A DNA stretch of 63,528 bases, filler included, from Hyphochytrium catenoides (taxonomy: Eukaryota > Protista > Hyphochytriomycota): NCBI GenBank assembly GCA_900088475.1. It is 9 parts of 9 records of this genome, joined end to end, with 100 filler letters (N's around TTAATTAATTAA, not from the genome) between each part and the next. Parts side by side here need not be neighbours in the genome. Positions count along the whole stretch, not along the records: positions 40,041 to 56,317 come from FLMG01002326.1; positions 56,418 to 59,545 come from FLMG01003588.1; positions 59,646 to 63,528 come from FLMG01000830.1; 6 more parts are not named here. One strand, written 5' to 3'. Shown here one piece after another: positions 54,440 to 63,528 of this stretch (positions within the stretch are counted from its first letter, which is position 1; each line of letters starts with the position of its first letter). A program made the translations under genes and the position numbers. The notes under the pieces were generated by a model. That model searched no databases. It was given only the letters and a program-made list of their open reading frames with translations, and was not told where the DNA came from.

Positions 54440-55065
54440 AGTAACATAGCGGGCGCCATCCCAATGGCCGCTCAAACGGCGCCGCCAGCCAGGTAACAAA
54501 ACAGACGGCAAAGCAGAGAATAGACTTCACTTTCCAACGCCGGTGCGGGCAACGCATTTTTACCTCGGCTGTCGAAGCTTTGAACTTTCTTCTTCCTTCT
54601 TTTTACCTAATCTTTCTTCCTATCTCTCTTTCTTTCTCTTTCTCTCTCTATAATTATCCTCTTCTGGTCAGCCTTTCTTCAGTGTCTCTTTCACGTGTTC
54701 TAAATCTGGTAGTCTTCTTTGCATTCCCCTTTTCTCTCTTTTTCTCTCTCTTTGTCTCTCTCTCTCTCTCTCGGTTCTCTCTCTTGTCCGTCTGCCGCTT
54801 GAACGCTCTTGGGCTTTGGATTTCTCTCTATTGCCAGACGCCATTCTTCAGCTTTCCGAGCCCTTGCAACGGTCTTTAAACCTCTGACCAGGACAGCAAG
54901 ATACACTCTCCTGCAAAGAAACGACACGGAGAAGAGAATAAGACATGAGATAAAGAAGGCCAGTGCGAAAGAAAGAAACAGAGAAGGAAAGAGACACTCA
55001 AGAGGAGGCTATAAAGATCAAGATAGGAGTCTGTAAGTCCACGAGGACAGAAGAGACATCTGGAC

Positions 55066-55412
55066 ATGGCCCGTCTGGGCATATTTTCTCTCTCCCTTTG
55101 CACTCTTCTTCTCTCTCTTCTATCTCTTCTATTCCTGGCATCGGGACAGCCTGTCTTCTCTCCAGGAGGACTGGGAGAGACAAGCGATAGTGCCGACAGA
55201 AGCGCTAGCGGAGAGAGAAGTGACAGCGGAGAGGGAGAAGGCGATGACGTCGCAGTCTGGAGTCCGCTCGAAAGGCCTGTCTCCTTTCCAACTGCATCTC
55301 TCAGGAGAGGATGGCCAGAGATCACAGCGGTCTCTGTGGTCACCAAAACGACAACCCTGAAGGCCAGCGGGGAGAGCGTCCAAGGTGATGGACCCTTCTT
55401 TTGCATCTGTCT

Positions 55413-55446
<34 letters not shown>

Positions 55447-56317
55447 CGATCGATCGATCCGTCCCTTTCTGTTTGTGTCTTGCTCTTTTCAGGGCCCAAA
55501 GCTGTTATTGTGACTATCATAGGCCGTCCTTCCCGCTCTTCGCAATCTGACATTCTCTGTCTCTCCATCGGTCTCTCTCTTTGTCTCTTCTCTCGTTCTG
55601 TCTCTCTCTCTCCCTCTTGCTCTCCACAGTCACATGGCGTGGCATCCCGACGGTGCAGCCTTTTGACTGGATTGGTCTGTTCATTGAGGGATCAGAAGAT
55701 GACGCTCCTCTTGAGAAACAGCGTGCCTTTAAGGCNNNNNNNNNNNNNNNNNNNNNNNCTTGTGGTTATTATTCAGCTTTCTTTCTCTCTCGTTCTCTCC
55801 TCCCCTCCTCTCTCCAGCTCGTCTCTCTCTGGCTCCTCTCTTCTCTTCAAAATTCTCTTCCATGATCTCTCTCTCTCTCTCTCTCACCTCTCCCGCTTAT
55901 ACCTTCTTCGGTCTCCCGCAGCTACTCGTCCGCCGCGTGCTCAATGTGAGAAAGCCCTTAGTGTTCCGTTATATGAACCAAGAGAAAGAAGGAAAGACAG
56001 AGATCGGCTCCAGAGTGGCCGGATCGTCTCCTTTAACCTTCCGAAATCTCAACGAGGAGCCTCTGCAAGTGCACATTGAGCTTGCTGACGATCCTCTGGC
56101 AATGAAAGTGAAGTTCGTGACGAACATTCCGACTGGAGGAGAGACGCAGGCAACGCCAATCGTACGCTATGGGACAGAGCGCAAGGCTCTCTCTCTTGTC
56201 GCCAGAGGAGGAGAGACGACGACCTATCGTGCAGAAGATATGTGTGGCTTCCCCGCTAACTCGACTACTGGCGGCTTCTTCATCCATCCCGGCTTCTTCC
56301 ACACTGTGGAGCTCAAG
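55066..56317 (+). CDS. Secreted purple acid phosphatase, N-terminal part (catalytic domain beyond the scaffold end)
   Basis: Signal peptide, VTWRGIP..DWIGLF, PLQVHIEL, PIVRYG, TYRAEDMCGFPA..HPGFFH; typical of long plant-type PAP N-termini. Confidence 0.8.
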
Positions 56318-57251
56318 NNNNNNNNNNNNNNNNNNNNNNNNNNNNNNNNNNNNNNNNNNNNTTAATTAATTAANNNNNNNNNNNNNNNNNNNNNNNNNNN
56401 NNNNNNNNNNNNNNNNNATCATCGCTTGCGTGTCTGCTTGATCTTAGACTTGCCAAAGGGAGGAATGACATCACATCCCACAGGCCTACAGGTACTACTG
56501 AGAGTCCATCAAGGTCTTCGGCAGTAGAGCTTGCTGATGGCTGTGGGAGCCTTCGTGCTGCTAGCTTCTCGATGCTGTTTCTTGCTCTAAAGTGGCTGCT
56601 CTTGGAAGAGTGAGCTCCAGATGATACTTTGGCCTTCGATAGTAGCTGTAGACAGATCTCCTTGTAGGTAGACTGCGTCAACATAGAGAATGTGGATAAG
56701 AAATGCAGCACCAGCCATCCCTGGGTGAGATGCTCGTATTGTCTAACATAGTTGTAGTCACTGAACGCGATCTGGCTTCTTGTTTTGCTGTGCACTAGCA
56801 CACCGTGGGCCTACTAGTGTACACCATGGTCAATGAAAAAGGCTCATCGGGCCCTACAGTCTGCGACCAGGCGGAGCAGCCACTCGTCCAACAACGAAGC
56901 AGCGGGAGAGAGAAGCAGAGAAGAATTGACGCAAAAAGGTGGTCATAGTAGACGACGAGAGAGCCGAACGAAAGAATTTAAAAAAGAATCCTCTGCCCAT
57001 GGCCAGAAGCCCCAAACCTAGCACGGAGAGATGATGGAGGCGGGAACCGTGACTGGACTGATGTTATGCAGGCTTTATTTCTGTCTTTCTCAAATAGAGA
57101 TGAAGGTCGCTACGGAAAGGAAGAAGAAGAGGCGAATGATAGTGCATTGCTGCCAAGCTTTGTCTCCCTTCTGTTCTTCTCAATACCTCTTTCTCTTTCT
57201 GCCCCTGTCCCTCAGTTCTTTTGTCTTTTTTACTTCTGTCTCGCGTGCCTT

Positions 57252-59246
57252 CTACTGCGAGTCCTTCTTCTCCTTGAACTCTGCATCTACCACCTTCTCG
57301 TCGCTAGTCTCTGCTCCCTCCCCTGCTTCTGCCGCGCCTGCGCCACCTGCGCCCTTGTACATTGCGTCTCCGATCTTCATGGCTCCCTGCTGCAGAGCAG
57401 AGATCTTTGCCTTGATGTCCTCGATGTCATCGCCTTCTATTGCGCTCTTAAGATCTGCAATTTGCTGTCTGATTGTATCTACATCTGCAGGCTGAAGCTT
57501 GTCCTTGTGCTCCTCCAGAGACTTCTCCGTGGAGTACATAAGAGAATCTGCGTCATTCCGAGCTTCGATGAGGACCTTGCGCTTCTTGTCGTCCTCTGCG
57601 TGAGCCTCAGCATCCCTCACCATCTTTTCAATCTCTGCCTCTGACAGGCCTCCAGACGTCTGGATAACGATGCTCTGCTCCTTGTTGGTGGCCTTGTCCT
57701 TTGCACTAACATTAACTATACCATTGGCATCAATATCGAAGGAAACCTCAATCTGAGGAACGCCTCTAGGAGCAGGAGGAATGCCTACAAGGTCAAAGGT
57801 ACCGAGGAGCTTGTTGTCTGCTGCCATCTCTCTCTCTCCTTGGAAGACCTTGATTCCGACCTGGGTCTGGCCGTCAGCAGCGGTGGAGAAGACCTGGCTC
57901 TTCTTGGTAGGGATGGTGGTGTTTCTGTTGATGAGACGGGTGAAGACGCCTCCTAATGTCTCAATACCGAGAGAGAGAGGCGTGACATCAAGAAGAAGAA
58001 TGTCCTTTACGTCTCCCTTGAGCACGCCTCCCTGAATAGCGGCGCCCATAGCCACAACCTCATCGGGGTTAACGTTCTTGGACGGCTTCTTCTGGAAGAA
58101 GTCCTCCACTGTGGTCTGGACCTTAGGCATTCTGGTCATGCCGCCCACAAGCAGAACCTCCGTGATGTCGCTCTTAGAGATGCCAGCGTCCTTCACGCAC
58201 TTCTTGCATGGATCTACGGTTCTCTGGATGAGCTTGTTGACCATGTTCTCAAACTGAGCACGAGTGATCTTCAGGTTAAGATGCTTAGGTCCTGAAGCAT
58301 CAGCGGTGATGAAAGGAAGGCTCACTTCTGTCTGCGCAAGGCCATCAAGCTCTCTCTTGGCCTTCTCTGCAGCTTCTCGCAGTCTCTGCATGGCAAGAGT
58401 GTCCTTTGACAGATCAATGCCCTGTTCTTTCTTGAACTCTGCTACGAGGTGCTCTAGCAAAGTCTCATCGAAATCTTCGCCTCCAAGCATTGTGTCTCCG
58501 TTGGTGGCCTTGACCTCAAAGACGCCGCCAGAAATCTCCAGAATAGAGATATCGAACGTGCCTCCTCCCAGATCGAAGACTGCGATGAGCTTGCCATCGG
58601 CTTTGTCCAGTCCATAGGCGAGAGCAGCAGCGGTGGGCTCGTTGATGATTCTTAGCACGTCCAGGCCGGCAATGCGTCCTGCATCCTTGGTAGCTTGACG
58701 CTGAGAGTCATTGAAATAGGCAGGAACGGTGATGACGGCCTGTCCAACCTGCCGTCCGAGGAAGCTCTCTGCCGTCTCTTTCATCTTCTGCAGAACGACA
58801 GATCCTACCTGAGAAGGAGACATCTTCTTTCCGCCTGCCTCTACCCAGGCATCGCCATTGGGGCCACGGACAATCTTATAAGAGACCATCTTCCCCACCT
58901 GCTGCACGTTCGCATCGTCAAAGTTTCTCCCGATGAGTCTCTTTGTGGCGTACAGAGTGTTGGTGGGGTTGGTGACCGCTTGACGGCGCGCAGGCATGCC
59001 CACAAGACGCTGTCCGTCCTTTGTGAAGGCAACGACGGAAGGCGTGGTTCTGGCGCCCTCTGCGTTCTCAATAACACGAGGGCTCTTGCCCTCCATCACC
59101 GCCACACATGAGTTGGTGGTACCAAGATCAATGCCGATAATATCTCCGCGAGCTGCATTATAGAGACTTTGGCTGGAGCTGAAGGCGCGGAAAGACTTGG
59201 CCGGAGCGAAGAAGCTCTGTGGCTTGAAAGCTACGCGAGAGAGCAT
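57252..59246 (-). CDS. HSPA9: Mitochondrial Hsp70 (intronless)
   Basis: Arg/Ser-rich presequence, [12 protein letters not shown], the mitochondrial/proteobacterial GDAWV signature, [17 protein letters not shown] at 59246. Confidence 0.97.
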   Translation of the reverse strand: MLSRVAFKPQSFFAPAKSFRAFSSSQSLYNAARGDIIGIDLGTTNSCVAVMEGKSPRVIENAEGARTTPSVVAFTKDGQRLVGMPARRQAVTNPTNTLYATKRLIGRNFDDANVQQVGKMVSYKIVRGPNGDAWVEAGGKKMSPSQVGSVVLQKMKETAESFLGRQVGQAVITVPAYFNDSQRQATKDAGRIAGLDVLRIINEPTAAALAYGLDKADGKLIAVFDLGGGTFDISILEISGGVFEVKATNGDTMLGGEDFDETLLEHLVAEFKKEQGIDLSKDTLAMQRLREAAEKAKRELDGLAQTEVSLPFITADASGPKHLNLKITRAQFENMVNKLIQRTVDPCKKCVKDAGISKSDITEVLLVGGMTRMPKVQTTVEDFFQKKPSKNVNPDEVVAMGAAIQGGVLKGDVKDILLLDVTPLSLGIETLGGVFTRLINRNTTIPTKKSQVFSTAADGQTQVGIKVFQGEREMAADNKLLGTFDLVGIPPAPRGVPQIEVSFDIDANGIVNVSAKDKATNKEQSIVIQTSGGLSEAEIEKMVRDAEAHAEDDKKRKVLIEARNDADSLMYSTEKSLEEHKDKLQPADVDTIRQQIADLKSAIEGDDIEDIKAKISALQQGAMKIGDAMYKGAGGAGAAEAGEGAETSDEKVVDAEFKEKKDSQ

Positions 59247-62200
59247 TTTTGCCTTTCTCAACCTTCTATTTCTTCTGTCCTATTCTTTAGGCTATAGAGA
59301 TCGTGGCTAGAAACTCTGATCTGAAAGCTTCAGATAGAGATTCCACAGATACTAAGCAGAGATTTTTGCAGATGAAGCTCAAGAGAGACTTGGAGCTTTT
59401 CTGTGATGAGAACAGCGAACGTCTCAGAATGGAATGGAGAGCGACAAAGCTTTCAGGAAGATTTGGTGGAGGCCAAGTGCTCTCTCCTTGGTCGGGTGTG
59501 TTAGGTCAACAGAAAGATGAAGAGGAGAGAGAGAGAAAAGAGAGANNNNNNNNNNNNNNNNNNNNNNNNNNNNNNNNNNNNNNNNNNNNTTAATTAATTA
59601 ANNNNNNNNNNNNNNNNNNNNNNNNNNNNNNNNNNNNNNNNNNNNGGTAAGTAATAAGGTAATTTATTGTTGAAGTGGGTGCTCTTAGACCAGCGGGAAA
59701 TACCCCGCTAAACTGCCAGAAGTGCAGATCTAGGCCAGCTTCCCGGGCCATAATAAGAGGCCTATTCCATGATGGTGATTGCCTTGCTCGTCGTTTGCTC
59801 TTCTAGAACTGCAACAAGCTAGATGACCCACGACTTGTAAGCCATTTATCCTGTCACAAGCAGGGTAGTGATAGACCACTCAGGCAACATCACAGCTGTG
59901 GAGAGGAACTTCATCTTCATCCGAATGACGACAGAGAGGTAACTACAATCGAAGGCTCGCTGCTGTTATTATTGGATTACTAGCCAGCGGACATATGCTG
60001 CGTTCCTCTTCTTATCCTCTCCCTGCTAAGTAAGAGACAGCAGCTGTAAGGCAGAGCTGCAGAACCTGCACCAAGAGACGGGACAGCATGATGGGAACAA
60101 CCTCTCATCATCATATCCCAATATTCTCGTCATCACCACCACTTCTCCCTTCTTCAGAGAAGGACAATATGCAACTTCAAGGTGATAAGAGGCAGGCCCC
60201 GTCAGGCTCGATATGCGATTTCCTTCTCCTACTCGCAGCAGCTGTGCTACGCGCGTGTGGTCTCATCAAAACGGAAGAAGGCATCCGGGGGTACTGTTAT
60301 TATTTATTCGTCAATCATCGAATAAGCCATCCTCATTCTCCTAAAAGAGCAGCCATCACCTGTTATTATGTACTATGACCAAGATATGTGAATAAGGGGA
60401 CTGACTGACTGAGATTTACAAGATGGTAACTCTGAGAGGAGGTGACGACGGTTATCCTCTCTTCTTTTCTAGCGGTAGAACAGACAGCCATGAAAGGACG
60501 TAACGTGCTTTGGTCTACTCTCTCTGGGTACGATAAGGAGTCAAAGATAAAGCAGACGACAGCAGCAGAGGATGGGCGAAGCTTAGAAGAAGGGCGAGGA
60601 TTCTGGTGTTGTCTGCTGCTAGCTGCTGCTGCTGAGTGGACCTTCAGGAGTAGCCCTTTTATCTCTTCTTTCAGGGAGACGACCGTGAACTTCAAGCAGC
60701 TCTTAAGGGAAGCCATCCATAACGACAACAATCGCAAGAGGGACAGTGCATTACTTTAATGCACTACTTACCATGAAGACGACTCATAGATAAAACGACG
60801 CACCGGCCGCCAGCAGAGCAGCTCCATCACCAGCATTTCCTGTTCCCAAGATCTCAACCCAGTATCTTCTATGGACCAAAAGTGGGGCCAGGTCTAACTT
60901 ATTATCGTTATGTCTATTACGTCGGCCAAGCAAATGTCAGCCGACGTCTTTCTTTTTCATTGAGTCCAGAGGAGCGTGCGTTCTCCAGGAAACATAAGCA
61001 ACGCACAGGAGGTAGCAGGGGCAGCTAATAACTTTATCGGAGGCTCGTGTCATCAGCGTTCTCTGATCTTCAATGTTGCCCGTCACTCGGTGGTGACAGT
61101 CAGGGAAGAAGGGTCAACACATCGTGTTTATTGTTGTTCTCTTCTAAATTGCTGAAGTAAGTCTGTCACCTTTCTCTCTATGTAACAAAAGTGTCACGAC
61201 AAGACGCAGGAAACAAAGACAAACATTATTATCCCTTGTTGAAGAAGCTGCTGATGAAGGACACATTTTTCCTCGTTTCTCTTCAATAAGGAGGATTGCA
61301 TAGCTGACTGTGGATAGAACTACTACGAGTACCAGCAGGTGCAACGAGAGCTGCGTGAATCAGGCTTGTCCTCAAGAGTTTTCTTATGGCTAAAAACTAG
61401 TAGGATGATGGTTTTGCTGTCTTATTACCACCTATCCTTCCGTTGCAGGAGCAGGGATAGTGTGTCAAAGCAGAAGACAGGCGCCCAACTCCTTGGGTTG
61501 AGGATCCACTTGTAGGAGCTAGAACCTTCCCATGAACCCTCTCGCAGGGTTCTGCTAGCCTTTCGAGTGCCCGTCTTTCCGGGAGTGCGCAATGCTCAAC
61601 TTCCTCGAGCCTTTTGGTCACCGGGAAACACACATCGCACTTCTTGCAGCGAACCAAAGCCTGCTGCTCTTTCCCCAAATGGAGTTATTCTTTCATTGCT
61701 ATCGAATTACTTCTTAGATTTCTTAGGCCGTAGAGTAGTATTTCCCATCGCATAGTAGTAGCAACAAGCGATAAATATGAGGCATCTACTACCAGGTACT
61801 AGCGGCGCTGTTTGTTCTTGCTGCGCGGCGTCACTTCGTCTCCAGCAGGTAGCACTACTGATGTACTATTAGTGCTCTTCATTTCTCACTCTTCTCCGTC
61901 CTCTTTGCTTCCTATCTTTGCGGCGTCGATGGCCACCCTTGTAGGAGATCTTCTAGTAGATCCCGCTTTAGAACAACTGACAGGAGTTTTATATATTCTT
62001 TTAGGAAAGCTGCTTACCACTACCACGCATCTCTACTACTAGAGTAATAACGATGGAGAAGGAAGATTGGCTAAAGAAGAGATGAAGCCAGAGTTTGGTG
62101 AAATGTGAGTTCCTTCTCTCTCTTCTTTCCTTGGCGCGGTGTCTATAGAACTACTGTCGCAGCTACCACGGAAGATGACGTTTTAGCAAGTACATAGTAC

Positions 62201-63528
62201 TTAGTTATAATCACTACTTAGTCCGCAGGCGTTCTCAAGGCCACCTGTTGGATTATAGTAGAGCTCAGGGCTGGTTGATAGATACAAATATTTCTTATAA
62301 GTATAGCAAATACTGATTGTAGGTGGACCAGACTACTTGTCTTGGCAATAAGGCCAAAAACTCCTCATCCTACTACTGTACTTGTTTCACGTAAAACGGT
62401 TGTTTGGGCTGTCACAAGCTGTTTAGGAGTAACCTCCACAGAAGAGAAGCTTTTTTTTTATTATAAAACATTGAGACAGTATTTGTAGGGCTCAGTTATG
62501 CCTAATAATAATAATTGATAAATAGGGAATTTTATAGAAGTCTTTATAAACAATTGGTAGTGAATGCATAGGGATTACAATAAAGTAATAAAAACTAAGC
62601 CTGATGAGATTTGATTGTTGTGTCTTCTGCAGCTGCTTTTGTTAGCCCGTCAATTTTCTAGTTCAAGAGGTGATGATCGCTGTGGCACGGATCAATTCCA
62701 TCAATCCTAGTAGTTCTAGGGTCTATACATTGCCTATCGCTTATGATACCCTAAGCTTTGGCCAATTGCAACGTCCTGTCTAAGATTTAGACGCACGGAT
62801 GTGGTTTTGGCGGTTCGTGAAATATTTGCTCAGTCTTTTCAGGCTGTGCTTCTTGTCTTACCTAAACTGTCTAGTCATGACATGTACTTGAGTCCTCGAA
62901 AGACCTTTCTTTTTATTCTTTGGGCTTAGGTTTCTAGCATTTTTATCTGTGACCGCTTAGACCAAGGATAGTCACTCCACTGACTTGGGTCTAAATGATG
63001 ACTCGCAAATGGAAGGCGATGATGGACAAGACAGAGCGGGGCTGAAGAGACAGAGCGTGAAATTGAGTAGAAAAATGGGAATAAAGCGCTTCAAAGAGGA
63101 GGCAGAGAGAGAGAGAGAGAAAAAGAGAGAGAAAAAGAGAGAGAGAGAGAGAGNNNNNNNNNNNNNNNNNNNNNNNNNNNNNNNNNNNNNNNAGAGAGAG
63201 AGGAGGAAAGGAGAGGACCACCCCATACACTATGGACCCAAGAGCTGAGCAAAGGGCAATGAGGAGCGAAGCAGAGGGAGAAACAGGAGGAGAGTTGCAG
63301 TTAGGTCATGGAAACCGTCTTGTCGATCAGAGGCGCAGAGAGAGAAACAGATAAGTTCCGAGCAGAGGAGGAGGAAGTGCATCGCTCTTCAAAAGCTTCG
63401 GGGAGGACAGACATAGAGAAAGGACCATCTATTACCAAGGATCCTTCATGCACTGAACTGTCTTCCGCACCCTTGTCCCTTCTTCCACATCTCAGTCCCT
63501 TCTGCGCGCCGTTCTCTCTCTCTCTCTC

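Noticed and set aside
56418-56801. 143-aa minus-strand ORF downstream of mtHsp70
   Set aside because: It has a non-ATG start and no recognisable motif, and it runs into a spacer, so it cannot be supported.
57031-59111. Antisense ORFs over mtHsp70
   Set aside because: This is the well-known shadow-ORF effect of Hsp70 codon usage; there is no independent domain signal.

Overview
Eukaryotic genomic DNA. The mitochondrial Hsp70 looks stramenopile-like, but that is an inference. The window is not one locus: it is nine scaffolds joined by eight artificial 100-nt spacers (N44-TTAATTAATTAA-N44), so adjacency across spacers means nothing. Scaffold 1 is a decayed Ty3/Gypsy-type LTR retrotransposon (LTR end plus PBS, gag with two CCHC knuckles, a -1 frameshift signal, protease cut off by a probable nested insertion). 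Scaffold 2 is repeats. The other scaffolds carry GT-AG spliced genes, many with (CT)n/(GA)n microsatellite-rich introns: syntaxin-16, an intron-rich bacterial-type soluble transhydrogenase (SthA), RUVBL2, makorin, a DUF1765-like protein, CIAO1, RBM25, a GH36 alpha-galactosidase, an OAC1-like mitochondrial carrier and a partial purple acid phosphatase. They also carry intronless genes: arsenite methyltransferase, a TPR + GT61-like protein, a HAD hydrolase and mtHsp70. I cannot demonstrate a new multi-gene system. The best leads are the spliceosomal SthA, the apparently catalytically dead TPR-GT61 protein, introns with complementary GA/CT ends, and the prokaryote-like HAD and GH36 genes. All family calls come from motif recognition; no searches were run.
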